Shown: positions 26,899 through 40,637 of the stretch, in pieces
Layout: the number at the start of each line of letters is the position of its first letter
How positions within the stretch are numbered: position 1 is the stretch's first letter
DNA from: Mizuhopecten yessoensis
Taxonomy: Eukaryota
Direction: 5' to 3'
Assembly (NCBI RefSeq): GCF_002113885.1
Contig: NW_018405547.1
Location: forward strand, 23,826-87,825
DNA: 64,000 nucleotides
Notes under the pieces: model-generated
Databases searched by the model: none
What the model saw: the letters and a program-made list of their open reading frames with translations, nothing else
What the model was told of the DNA's origin: nothing
Program-made: the position numbers and the translations under genes

Positions 26899-27010
26899 AA
26901 TGGGTGGAGGAGGAGGAGGAGGCGGCGGCGGAATGGGTGGTGGAGGAGGAGGAGGCGGCGGAATGGGTGGTGGAGGAGGAGGGGGAGGAGGCGGCGGCGG
27001 CGGCGGATGA
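26809..27010 (+). CDS. Secreted Gly-rich protein, coding exon 3 (FGGGRGRRRGRGGGRG...poly-Gly with GM punctuation, stop)
   Basis: GATAG| acceptor in phase 2; GGN codon run ending in TGA at 27008-27010; AATAAA at 27192. Confidence 0.8.
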
Positions 27011-29359
27011 GGGATATGATAAATCCAGAAGACAGAACTATCATGATAAAGATACCTCTTAGTACTTGTTATCTACTGAAATTACTACCGACACTATTGT
27101 TTGTGCTCAGGAAAGTTTTATAATTTTGTTTCGATTTATTGGAGGAATTGTTCCATATCTTTGCTTGAAGGAATCGGTATAGGAAACTGCTAATAAAATG
27201 TTTAAAATAACATCGTTTTAGTGTTTTTTTCACGGCATTAATTAAGGATTATTTATACTCCATTTCCTTTATGATTTAACGACCAACAACTGTGACAGTT
27301 CTCCATCAGTTGTCTTATCCCGAAATGACATAACACTATTCTTGATACTCTCTTTATTGTTTGTATTTATACTCTATATTGTTTACAACATTTAATATAT
27401 AGTCTCAATGTTGTCTGTGGCATTCCACGACATGTTGTGACTGTCCTATGCAGCCACTAGAACTATTATCGCTATCTTTTGACTTTAATATGCAACACAA
27501 TTGATACTATCATATGCAGACAGGACTTTTGTCTGCCCATGACTTTTCAAAAGGCTAACGTCGTTTTTTACTTAAAACTTTATCAGTTGCAAAATCCATA
27601 ACACAATCATCCTCTTGCATGACCACGCACATATTCATTCAGTTTAAATATTGACTCATGAATCCAATATTTTGAAAATATTTACAAGACACCACAAACG
27701 AGTTAGAATTCGATGTCATCAGCCAAAGGTCAAAATCACTGTAACTGTGACTAGAAAACGAACACGTGCTTGGGATAAAAAAAAATACGGTATAAGCATT
27801 CAGGCCTTAAAATGATATGCTTCAGATTTGTACGGTAGAGATCATTAAATGTAAAATTTACACAATCTTTACCACAGACAGATGGTTAAATACATTACTC
27901 AGATTCAGTTCAGCTGACACCAAGGTAACTATGCGAACCATCCATCACGAGGTGAGACCTACTTTTGACGGTATCATTCGCGCACCCACTCATTATGTTG
28001 GATGGTACGTAAGGCGGTGTCGTACCAACTACATGTATTTGTTACAGAATTCACGTAGGTTTCATAAGCTCTGAGACCGCATCCTAGTCCGATCGTTATT
28101 TTCACATTTCAGCTCATATATCTTCCGGAATCCCGAAATATCAACGAAACTGTTATTCGAACTCAAAATCGATCGGAAAGAATGATAACAAGGAAGCCAT
28201 TTAAAAAATACGATGATAATTAGATCTGGTGTTCCGGAAAGGTAAGCCACTTCTGGTTCATCGATATACCTCCAATGTAAATCTGAGTCACATCCGGGTA
28301 TTGTGTTATACTCAACTTGAATAACAACGAACCGACTAGGTACACTTATGAACGTTATTAAAAACATCTACTTTCATATCGTCAAGGAGATAGAATATAT
28401 ATTTTCCGGTGAAAGCATGGTGGCGACTCTAAAATTTGCCATCCTTTACATCATCCTTTATCTTCAAGGATTTAACGTTTGAATGTGATTTCAAGTTTTT
28501 ATCAGGGGGAATTTGTTATTTATGACGTCAAAAGTATTATGAGCATTCCATACCTGACTTATAAGCTGATAGAAGTCGTTAGGATTTAATGTTTTGTTTT
28601 AAGTAAAATAGCATTTTCATGACAGCACTTTCCCGTGGTAGCGGCAATGTGGCTCACACTGTTCAGTCGATCACAAAGCCACCAATACCAACACAAGTAT
28701 TCTTTCATTCAGTAAAGAACGGGAATTTGAGAGTTTCACCAGGTGATATGCCCTGACCGGAGATTTGATGCTTTGTCAATTCCAAGAATGATGTACCTAA
28801 AAAGTAATATTTTCTCACTGTCTTTTAAAAGCTGAACAAATGATGACAACGTCACAGGAAAAAAGACTGGAACCTTGAACCGCAACAAAGAATTAACGTC
28901 CAGAGGGCAATTTCCCTGAGTTCTGAAAAGAAAGAAATTAAAAAGAAGTGACCTTCCCTCAAGGCGTAGACATGAATATGAATTCACAAATATTGTGAAG
29001 AGAAGTGTTGAGCTGTAACTTAACAAGCATAAATAATTCCTAGAGAGACCTATAACGCACACGCATGAAACAATGACGATATTAATGCAATGCTCTGTTT
29101 TGCTATCGTGAAACAAAAAAGAACCTTGACAGGGAAAGTATTAACTTAATATATTAGTCATGCCTAAATCTAATGCAGACATTCTAAGAGAAATGACAAG
29201 CCTGACCTGTCGACAAGAAACAAACTGCGAAGTATGCCAATTCTACAACAACTGAAGTACAGAAAAACTTCAGAGCTTTCCTAAAAACGAATGACTAAAG
29301 CTATAACTAATGACAGACTGCTTTGAAAATGCGTGCAATGTGTGCTTCACAAACTAAAG

Positions 29360-32300
29360 GTGCTTTGTTTTTACTTTACAGGTTATACATTTCTCCAAAG
29401 CAGTGGCGCGTTATACATGCTTTGTTTTTACTTTACAGGTTGTACATTTCTCCAAAGCAGTGGCGCGTTATACGGGCTTTCTTTTAATTTTACAGATTGT
29501 ACATTTCTCCAAAGCAGTGGCGCGTTTTACGTGCTTTCTTTTTACTTTACAGGTTGTACATTTCTCCAAAGCAGTGGCGCGTTTTACGTGCTTTCTTTTT
29601 ACTTTACAGGTTGTACATTTCTCCAAAGCAGTGGAGCGTTATACGGGCTTTCTTTTAATTTTACAGATTGTACATTTATCCAAAGCAGTGGCGCGTTTTA
29701 CGTGCTTTCTTTTTACTTTACAGGTTGTACATTTCTCCAAAGCCGTGGCGCGTTATACGGGCTTTCTTTTAATTTTACAGATTGTACATTTATCCAAAGC
29801 AGTGGCGCGTTTTACGTGCTTTCTTTTTACTTTACAGGTTGTACATTTCTCCAAAGCAATGGCGCGTTTTACGTGCTTTGTTTTTACTTAACAGGTTGTA
29901 CATTTCTCCAAAGCAGTGGCGCGTTATACGTGCTTTGTTTTTACTTAACAGGTTGGACATTTCTCCAAAGCAATGGCGCGGTAATCATGCTTTCTGTTTA
30001 CTTTACAGGCTGTACATTTCTCCAAAGCAGTTGCGCGTTATACGTACTTTCTGTTTACTTTACAGGTCGTACATTTCTCCAAAGCAATGACGCGTTATAC
30101 GTGCTTTCTGAAATTACAGGTTGTACATTTCTCCACAGCAGTGGCGCGTTATACGTGCTTTCCGTTTACTTAACAGGTTGTACATTTCTCCAAACCAGTG
30201 GCGCGTTATACGTGCTTTCTCTTTACTTTACAGGTTGTACATTTCACCAAAGCAATGGCGCGTTATACGGGCTTTCTGTTTACTTTACAGGGTGTACATT
30301 TCTCCAAAGCAATAGCGCGTTATACATGCTTTCTGTTTACTTTACAGGGTGTACATTTCTCCAAAGCAATGACGCGTTATACGTGCTTTCTGTTTCCTTT
30401 ACAGGTTGTACATTTCTGCAAAGCAGTGGCGCGTTATACGGGCTTTCTTTTAATTTTACAGATTGTACATTTCTCCAAAGCAGAGGCGCGTTATACGTGC
30501 TTTCTCTTTACTTTACAGGTTGTACATGTCTCCAAAGCAATGGCGCGTTTTACGTGCTTTGTTTTTACTTTACGGGTTGTACATTTCTCCCAAGCAGTGG
30601 CGCGCTATACGGGCTTTCTTTTAATTTTACAGATTGTACATTTCTCCAAAGCAGAGGCGCGTTATACGTGCTTTCTCTTAACTTTACAGGTTGTACATTT
30701 CTGCAAAGCAGTGGCGCGTTATACGTGCTTTGTTTTTACTTAACAGGTTGTACATTTCTCCAAACAGTGGCGCGTTATACGTGCTTTCCGTTTACTTAAC
30801 AGGTTGTACATTTCTCCAAAGAAATGGCGCGTTATACGTGCGTTCTGCACAGTTCAACAGGTATGTGAAAATAGAATGGTTACCGCAAATTTCACCCCAA
30901 TGATAAATCATAAATAAAAGTCCAACTTTGGCAACGGTATTAGTTTAACCCTATTTTATTCATATCAATAAACATGTACAATTACATAGACATTTCATTC
31001 AGATGATATTGACGCGCGTTAATCATGCTTTCTGTTTTCTTTACAGGTTGTATATTTCTCCAAAGCAATGGCGCGGTAATCATGCTTTCTGTTTACTTTA
31101 CAGGGTGTACATTTCTCCAAAGCAATTGAGCGTTAATCATGCTTTCTGTTTACTTTACAGGGTGTACATTTCTCCAAAGCAGTTGCGCGTTATACGTGCT
31201 TTCTGAAATTACAGGTTGTACATTTCTCCAAACCAGTGGCGCGTTATACGTGCTTTTTGTTTACTTTACAGGTTGTACCTTTCTCCAAAGCAATGGCGCG
31301 GTAATCATGCTTTCTGTTTACTTTACAGGTTATACCTTTCTCCAAAGCAATGGCGCGTCAATCATGCTTTCTGTTTACTTTACAGGCTGTACATTTCTCC
31401 AAAGCAGTGTCGCGTTATACGTGCTTTCTGTCTACTTTACAGGTTGTACATTTCACCAAAGCAATGGCGCGTTATACGGGCTTTCTTTTAATTTTACAGA
31501 TTGTACATTTCTCCAAAGCAGAGGCGCGTTATACGTGCTTTCTTTTTACTTTACAGGTTGTACATTTCTACAAAGCAATGGCGCGTTATACATGCTTTCT
31601 GTTTACTTTACAGGCTGTACATTTCTCCAAAGCAGTGGCGCTTTATACGTGCTTTGTTTTTACTTAACAGGTTGGACATTTCTCCAAAGCAGTGGCGCAT
31701 TATACGTGCTTTCTGTTTACTTTAAAGGTTGTACATTTCTCCAAAGTAGTGGCGCGTTATACGTGCTTTGTTTTTACTTTACAGGTTGTACATTTCTCAA
31801 AAGCAGTGGCGCGTTATACGGGCTTTCTTTTAATTTTACAGATTGTACATTTCTCCAAAGCAGTTGCGCGTTATACGTGCTTTCTGAAATTACAGGTTGT
31901 ACATTTCACCAAAGCAATGGCGCATTTTACGTGCTTTCTGTTTCCTTTACAGGTTGTACATTTCTACAAAGCAATGGCGCGTTATACATGCTTTCTGTTT
32001 ACTTTACAGGTGGTACATTTCTCCAAAGCAGTGGCGCATTATACGTGCTTTCTGTTTACTTAACAGGTTGGACATTTCTCCAAAGCAATGGCGAGTTATA
32101 CGTGCGTTCTGCACAGTTCAACGAGTATCTGAAAATAGAATGGTTACCGATAATTTCACCCCAATGATAAATCATAAATAACAATGGCGCGTTATACGTG
32201 CTTCCTGTTTACTTTACAGGTTGTATATTTCTCCAAAGCAATGGCGCTTTATACCTGCTTTGTTTTTACTTTACAGGGTGTACATTTCTCCAAAGCAGTG

Positions 32301-33202
32301 TCGCGTTATACGTGCTTTCTGTTCACTTTACAGGTTGTACATTTCACCAAAGCAATGGCGCGTTATACATGCTTTCTGTTTACTTTACAGGGTGTACATT
32401 TCTCCAAAGCAGTTGCGCGTTATACGTGCTTTCTGTTCACTTTACAGGTTGTACATTTCACCAAAGCAATGGCGCGTTATATGTGCTTTCTGTTTACTTT
32501 ACAGGGTGTACATTTCTCCAAAGCAGTGGCGCATTATACGTGCTTTCTGTTTACCTTACAGGTTGTACATTTCTCCAGACCAGTGGCGCGTTATACGTGC
32601 TTTGTTTTTACTTAACAGGTTGTACATTTCTCCAAGGCAATGGCGCGTTATACGTGCGTTCTGCACAGTTCAACGAGTATCTGAAAATAGAATGGTTACC
32701 GATAATTTCACCCCAATGATAAATCATAAATAACAATGGCGCGTTATACGTGCTTTGTTTTTACTTAACAGGTTGGACATTTCTCCAAAGCAGTGGCGCT
32801 TTATACGTGCTTTGTTTTTACTTAACAGGTGGTACATTTCTCCAAAGCAATGACGCGTTATACGTGCTTTCTGAAATTACAGGTTGTACATTTCTCCCAA
32901 GCAGTGGCGCGCTATACGGGCTTTCTTTTAATTTTACAGATTGTACATTTCTCCAAAGCAGTGTCGCGTTATACGTGCTTTCTGTTTAATTAACAGGTTG
33001 TACATTTCTCCAACACAATGGCGCGTTATACGTGCTTTGTTTTTACTTTACAGGGTGTACATTTCTCCAAAGCAGTTGCGCGTTATACGTGCTTTCTGAA
33101 ATTACAGGTTGTACATTTCACCAAAGCAATGGCGCGTTATACGTGTTTTCTGTTTACTTTACAGGTTGTACATTTCTCCAAAGCAATGGCGCGTTATACG
33201 TG
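29360..33202. repeat. 51-bp minisatellite array (TTTACTTTACAGGTTGTACATTTCTCCAAAGCAGTGGCGCGTTATACGTGC-type) with higher-order blocks
   Basis: Dozens of tandem units, interrupted by copies of a unique tail at ~30841, 32105, 32658 and 33203. Confidence 0.95.
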
Positions 33203-34681
33203 CGTTCTGCACAGTTCAACAAGTATCTGAAAATAGAATGGTTACCGCGAATTTCACCCCAATGATAAATCATAAATAAAAGTCCAACTTTGGCAACGGT
33301 ATTAGTTTAACCATATTTTATTCATATCAATAAACATGTACAATTACATAGACATTTCATTCAGATGATATTGACAAGGCAACGGTATTGAGATACATAA
33401 CTTAGAAACTTTGAACTTGAGTAATTAGAATGAAAACTAATTAATTTAGTCTGATATAAGCCATGCCTTGATAAAGATATTTAACCGACGTTATAATAAA
33501 AAGAAATGTCAATCTCTTTATTAACCAGGCTGAATGCGAAGAAATGACGCATTATCTAGGCTTCATTTATACTGCTGTGTCATGCGGAGCTTGATCGCTC
33601 CCTTTTCGAGCTGTTATGACACATATCGGCTCCAGATCAATTAAATAATTATTCACTACATATTAAGCAGCATGTTAATTTTCTACTTTCAATTATTCTA
33701 AATACTCTGAATCAATATAGTTCTGGTATACGATGATCTGCTGGGGTTTCAGAAAGGATATATTCTAGTGTTCAATCCCCTATGTCACGGTTTAACATAT
33801 AATACGGAAATTCTATCCACCTATTTCCAAATAAGGAAATTTTCTTCGAATGACTTGAACTTAATTGAGATTTACTTTTCAACAAATATATTAAATAATG
33901 AAACAAAAAATAAAGATTTAAGTCGGTAGAATTATTCTCTAGTTGAATATCATTGTATACACTTTTATCATTGAACGACTTTTAATCAAATTTACCGGTC
34001 ATCATCAATTCATAAACATGCATATGATTATTACCCACTTGCTTAGAGTAGACGTTTTGCCGTCACATTACAAAACGAAGACAGGTTGTTCAAGGTATGA
34101 TTTATCGATGAAATGTATAAACATCAATGTAATCAGTACAGGGGTCTTTGGTAACAGCCAGAAGTTCTCGCACACAAAAGTTATTTCTGAAAGAACACAA
34201 ACAAAATGTATCCAGTAAAAATCAATATTGAATAATAAGGTTTAAACTGTAATGCAATCGAATAGAAGTTAATTTGCTGATTCCATGATGGAGTTCAGGA
34301 AAATGTACCTTGCCTTCTATATAATTGATAGTGTAGAGAAAATAACAATAAATTCGATAACCAGAATAAAAAGAAACGTGGATTAAAAATATGTATTTGG
34401 GATATACATTGTAGTAATATCGAGGTGAATATATAATTATAATAAAATAATATATATGTAAAAGCAATAGGTTATCTGATAAAGTACAACATTGACTAGA
34501 AGGACCAGATAGAAGGATAAACCATCCTGTCGGCTCGTTAATTATATCCGCTACTTTAATCATTCAACAACTGGTTTATATCAGAATTGCCTGCCTTCAC
34601 AATTTTAAAAGCATAATGTTATTCAGAACACACTGTTCAACGTTTACTCACTATGAAAATCCATTTCCAGTTTTTTGGCGC

Positions 34682-35724
34682 CTATCCGGTATTGTTGATC
34701 AGCATGGGAAGAAGTACTAGAGCTCCCACTACAGGACGAGACATAAAGAAACCGTCACTTAATCACAAAATACGTGTATGCACTGATACACAGTCAAACG
34801 TGATTACATAGACATTCTGTTTGAGAAATTAAAATATTTTAATAATATAAGAATTTGAGAAACATGTTTGAGATATGAAGTATGCATAGCTAGGTTGTAG
34901 TAGAAGATTAGTGCTACTTAAGCCAGAGGGTAGTTATAGACATTTAAGACAATGAATCACGAAATAAACATTGATTCAGCTTTTGTCTGGTGAATTCATC
35001 ATGCTTTGGACAATAAAAAGATATAGACAGATATAGACAAAGCCTTTACATGGTTATGAGTAAGAGTCGATGCTATCTAAACCTTTTACTGTTATTTAAG
35101 ATTTTATAGCATTACGCCTTTTACTGTGTTACACTTACGGAGGAGAGTATCATCGCCACCATCGTATAGTTATTGGCTGCCGCAGCGGCACCAGGAGGGG
35201 CACCAACAGGAACACCATAGGGGATGTACAGTGCTGTGTTTCCTCCGTATCCTTTTCCATATCCGCCACCGTATCCTTTTCCATATCCGCCACCGTATCC
35301 TTTTCCATATCCGCCACCGTATCCTTTTCCATATCCGCCACCGTATCCTTTTCCATATCCGCCACCGTATCCTTTTCCATATCCGCCACCGTATCCTTTT
35401 CCATATCCGCCACCGTATCCTTTTCCATATCCGCCACCGTATCCTTTTCCATATCCGCCACAAACGCCTCCGTACTTTTTTTCCATATCCGCCATATCCG
35501 CCTCCGTACCTCTTTCCATACCCCCCATATCCGCCGTAACCTCCATGGCCGCCATACATTCCCATTTCACCACTGGACATATCATATCCCTCTCCTCCAT
35601 ATTCCCCATATCCACCAATCACATATCCATCATGTCTATATCCTCCCCCATACCCGCCGCCAAGACTGCAACTCAGGGACACCAGAAAGGTTTAGATCGG
35701 CAGAGTAAGTGTACCAAAATGCAT
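34682..35724 (-). pseudogene. Pseudogenised GGYG/GKGY-rich secreted protein (paralog A)
   Basis: ATG at 35724 aligns with the signal peptide of paralogs B/C but has an in-frame TAA at 35692-35694; frameshift at the T7 run 35476-35482; second frameshift near 35165 before GDDTLL; intron 35138-34729; last coding exon 34728-34682 LGALVLLPMLINNTG*. Confidence 0.82.
35245..35460 (-). repeat. 9 x 24-bp perfect repeat encoding GGYGKGYG
   Basis: CCGTATCCTTTTCCATATCCGCCA tandem on the + strand. Confidence 0.95.
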
Positions 35725-36015
35725 GGTGCCTGCGTTAATTTTTTTTATTCAGATGAAGTAAAAACCCATTTTCTACAAATTAGAAGTAAGGAAGCGCCTA
35801 TTCAAATTTCAGTTTGTCGGTACAGAGTATCAAATAAAAAGTTGTTTTGATTTTAAATGCGTTGGTAACCTTCTAAGATGCATCTATTTGTAAGTTTAAA
35901 TCAATTGCATATTGTTGTTGTCAAAGAAAAAACAAAATAAATAAAAAGATAAAAAATGTTAAAACATTAGGAAAGCACTGTTGAAAATCATATACCTTTA
36001 CTTATACTATGCGTA

Positions 36016-36070
36016 ACTTACCTTTTCACCTGATCTGGCTGAATGCGAAGTATACGGGTAGATATATACT
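36016..36070 (-). promoter_or_regulatory. TATA-like box and 5'-UTR exon donor of paralog A
   Basis: Minus-strand TATATA near 36063-36068 and AAG|GTAAGT donor at 36021; same layout as paralogs B/C. Confidence 0.5.
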
Positions 36071-36548
36071 ACAAACCTTCACCTGAACTCCGGGTTGTCC
36101 TTTCCTATCTTCCTCGATTACAAACTGTTATGCCATTGTTTAATTAATCTGTTATTCTGTAAACATGTACATGCAATGTAAATTTTAAATTTCCATATAC
36201 GTGTATGCGTAATCGTAAGTTGACAATGCGCGCAAACAACAAGTCTCCGAAAAAGATACAATGTTGTACACTGCTTTTGATATCAAGGACGACACTGACC
36301 TCAAACGTTCTATCAACCAATCGACGAGCCAGATACAGTGAGTGACACGCTGAAACAACAGTTCGGTTTGTAGGCGTGTTCTTTTTGAACACGGCTTGTT
36401 GACGCCGTAACGATTTTGATTGTATTGTGTTCTGTTTGTAGTGGGACCATGTTTCCAATGGTATACTTTATAGTGCCACCTCATTTGAATGTTACAGCAC
36501 ATATACAGCAACACCTATCCCAGACCATTTTATACTCCACCTGGGTTG

Positions 36549-36697
36549 TCACTTTCTCTGAATAGTCCATGCGTACGACGACTTCGGGGATCGAAGCCGC
36601 CGCTTGGAATGCCGGAGATGTGTTGGCAGGAGAAAAGCACTTTCTCTGAACAGTCCATGCGTACGACGACTTCGGGGATCGAAGCCGCCTGTTTGGA
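36549..36697. repeat. ~60-bp direct repeat pair
   Basis: CACTTTCTCTGAAYAGTCCATGCGTACGACGACTTCGGGG..ATCGAAGCCGCC occurs twice. Confidence 0.85.
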
Positions 36698-39021
36698 AGG
36701 CCGCTAGACCAACCCGCCCATGAATTATGTCATATGCTGATATGAAAACAACCTTCTCTAAAAGGGAAAAGAGAAACTAAGTTGCTTTATACATTGAAAT
36801 CAAGTCACAATGTTTTTAGTTATACCTGTAATCAGTTTGTAATACGTATAGTTATATAATCATTTCAATTTTGTTTCAATATTCGAAAAATTAATGCAAC
36901 TGTGACATCCGGTATCGTCCGCATTGTCTTCATTATTTCACTCCCAATAATTATATTATATACATGTATGATAATTATAACATGTTAAATGACCTTGTTC
37001 TAAATTAATGTCACCAAATTGTTTCTGATAACAATACCTAACTTATACCTGTAGCATCGAAATACACAAACAAACGAAATGTTTTTGTTTTGTTTCAAAC
37101 ATTAAGCCAGGTGGTGATGTTGATATGTTTTTATCATATATCATCACATTTTCATGCCAGTATCGGTAGTTATCATTATCAATTCTAAAACACATGCTAT
37201 CAGAAACACCGAAATGGCATCATTGCAAATCATGATGATACATTGGGTACTACGTTTCTAGTTTCCAAGGAACCTTACATCAATAAACCTAAAAAAAGGA
37301 AAATTTGTGTGGAGAGCGGTCGATTTGTTTATTTAAGTGTGTACTGAATTTGTTGGCTGCTGGTTGTGGTAACATAGCCAGATTGAAGTTGGAAATACTT
37401 ATGAAAAGATAGCTTTTATAATCTACGTGTCACGCGACGCTATTTATGTGTATGTGATTTTGAGAAACATACTCTTCAAAAGTAATGCTATTTTGGAGAA
37501 GAAATTTAATTCTAACCTCTCTCTAACTCGAAGTGTTCATGTTGGGTTTATCCTCCTGTCTTAGACAAAAATATAAATCGTCCTTCTCAGGGTAGATTTA
37601 GACCCGTTAAAAAGCTAACATGGACATGATACACGTAGTATTTGCTTTCTATTTATTGAGTCACGTTCCTGTTATAAAACAGTGGCTGGTAAATATTCAT
37701 GAAAAAGGAACAAGCATTATGGGAAATGATATTATGAATAATAGACATCAAATTCAACAAGTCTCAAAAATATGATCACCGTTATTTTCAACACTATTAA
37801 AAGACATGCTAAGTATCCCAGTTTAACATCGATGTTAATATATAAAATTATAAAATATTTACTTGAACATGAACTATAATAGTTATTCAAATGATATATA
37901 GTGTTAATGTTGTTTAGTTTGAATTAAGCTAGGCATGTATTTTATATTCATATAAAGTATAACCAATTGTCGTGCAAAATACAAACCAAAACACTGGGGG
38001 CAACTAGATGAAAATGATGAATTGTTATACTTTGTGATGACTACTATTACGTAATGTTGAAGACAGGAAAGCTGCGAGATGCTGCAAATGGGATACTGAT
38101 CGTTTGAAATAATGTTTTTCTGTTGACCACAAAACATGGCAAAATGTTTCATATTGACTTCATCCCAAACATCATTAAATATGTATAATATTCATTACTC
38201 TTTAGCCCAGCGTATACCAGTTGATGAATTAAAAAATATGTCATGCATTTCAAAATACTTTTAAACAAATGAAAGAAACGCTTAAGCAGTGACTGGTTAT
38301 GAGTTATAGAGATGCTACAGCAAACTGATTCTATTGTTTGTTAACGTTGCGTGACTTAGGTGCACAGACAGGTTGGATACAATCGTCAAGTAAAATGTTT
38401 ACTGCATTTATATTTTAAGTCTTTAATCATTTCAAGTGATGTAGGATAAGACTGTTAAAATCTCCTAGCACACATAGGATTTAAGAAAAAAGTATTAAAA
38501 TGACTGTAGAATCATTCACTGATATCCTTTCATTACGTAAAAATGCTTTCAATGTTATATTTATACACTTTCTATGTACAATATGGACACGTTAGACATT
38601 GTATTATAAATCATATAAGTTTTATGAATGAAATGCCGAATAATTGCTGTATATCTACTACAGTTTATATGCTTCACTATATTTTGGGTCCGTAGAGGTC
38701 AATACCTCCAGAGCAATCACATGGTCAACTGCAATACTGCCAGTCAAATGTTATGCCAGCAACTTTAATACAAAAAAATAAATAAAAAATATCCAATTGT
38801 TTTAATTCTTCAGCAGTAGTTGGGAAAGGTATTGCCAGGGTTGAAGGGCCCTGGATTCAATCCCCGAACAATGATTGCACTCAACGTAGGAGGGTTTTCG
38901 TTCGCCATACATAATGTAGATACCTCTTTCACTGTATTAATTTCTTTCATATAATTTAATGGTATTCCCCTGGCTTCTATTTCAAATCGTATGACTGATA
39001 ATACTGATAATAAGCAAAAGT

Positions 39022-39022
39022 T

Positions 39023-39054
<32 letters not shown>
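39022..39054. repeat. (CAT)n microsatellite
   Basis: Direct observation. Confidence 0.95.
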
Positions 39055-39055
<1 letters not shown>

Positions 39056-39494
39056 GCATCCATACACAATCGTGGTCGATTAGTATTACTTGGCGTTCTG
39101 AATGTGTCTTCCTCAACGAGTTGCCTATTAAAGTATGTAAGTGTTACCTGTGTTGGTTTGTGTTCTTTTTGTATTATTTTGTCATATGTTGGACGTCTGG
39201 AATCTATTGGTTGTACGTTTTCCACGATGATAATGTTTGTTGTACCGAGGAGTTGCAGGGGTAACGAGCCCCTATGATACATGATTGAGGTACTGTGTTG
39301 TGTTTCCTAAGTGTAATCGCGTTGACAATCGCTTGTAATGTATCAGGATTTATTTATGTTGCTGCTAATCTGCATTTGGAAAGTATTATGTAGTATGTAT
39401 GTATCTGAAATGCTGAAAAGTGGGTCTGGTTTTTTTTGCTGATACTTAATTATGTTACGTTCTTTCCATATTGTCCATTTGATTGTGATTATTA

Positions 39495-40582
39495 TCCATA
39501 AACTGGATAACTACGGCATCAGAGGAAACCTCCACAACTCGCTCTCCAATTTCCTGAGACAAAGAAATATGAGAGTAGCACTAGAGGGAGAAACATCCAG
39601 AGAAGTAACCGTTGACTCCGGGGTACCACAAGGGACAGTGCTCGGGCCACTACTATTTCTTTGCCATATAAATGACATACCAGAAAGTGTAACCTCTAGC
39701 GCACGTCTGTTCGCCGACGACTGTTTGATATACAGACAAATAAACCAATATAGTGACAACCAACTACTAGAGGACGACCTAAACAACCTGGAAAAATGGG
39801 CTAACTTATGGGGAATGAAATTCAACACCAAAAAATGCTACGTAATAAACATCAAAGAAAAAAGTCACAGATTCTACACCCTAAATGGACATATCTTGGA
39901 ACAAGTGAAAAATAATCCTTACCTTGGGCTAACAATTTCAGACGACCTTAAGTGGAACACCCACATACTAAAAATATCAAGAAGAGCCAGTTCGACGACT
40001 GGCTTTCTCAAAGGAAATCTAAAACATTGCCCATCGTCTTGCAAGAAAACAGCATATATATCCCTAGTACGATACATCCTTGAATACGGCGCCATTATTT
40101 GGGACCCATATACCAAAAACGAAATTGACAAACTGGAGAGAATACAGCGCTTGGCAGCCAGGTTCATTTTAAGTGACTATAACTCAGGGAAAGATGGATG
40201 TATCACAAGGATGCTGGAGAACCTGGAACTACCAACACTCCAGATCAGGCGAGCGTAACAGAGGGTCACATTTATGTATAAGGTGGTTGAGGGGTTGATA
40301 CCAGCTATACCTCCAGCTGATCATCTAACAAAAAACCAGACTAAAAAGGAACATCAAGGCCAGAAACTTCTCGGACTATATATCGAATAATGTGTTAAAA
40401 ACATCAATGATAAACAACTCTAAATCCAACACAGTACCAAAGTTTAGCTGTGATCAATGCAATAACTCGGTTTTTTTGTACGTACTGTCATAGAGTGGAA
40501 CTATCTGGAAGAGGACTTAGTATGTGCCCCTACTTTGGAAGCCTTTAAGAGTGCTATAACACACCATAACTCTAACTGAACT

Positions 40583-40637
<55 letters not shown>

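Noticed and set aside
25567-27010. Naming the Gly-rich genes abductin, shematrin or prisilkin
   Set aside because: Only compositional similarity; diagnostic repeats and termini are absent, so no gene symbol was assigned
26715-27062. Poly-Glu/Ala ORF (+) and poly-Arg ORF (-)
   Set aside because: Alternative frames of the poly-Gly exon; splice phase supports the Gly frame
28720-29360. Coding-looking purine-rich stretch upstream of the 51-bp array
   Set aside because: Frequent stops on the + strand and no recognisable motif
29333-30799. 488-aa ORF as a standalone protein
   Set aside because: Made entirely of 17-aa satellite units, with a non-ATG start and several frames open; kept only as a satellite finding
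35126-35850. Pro/Tyr-rich (PPYPFPYP), extensin-like and protamine-like ORFs
   Set aside because: Antisense or out-of-frame readings of the GGYGKGYG repeat of pseudogene A
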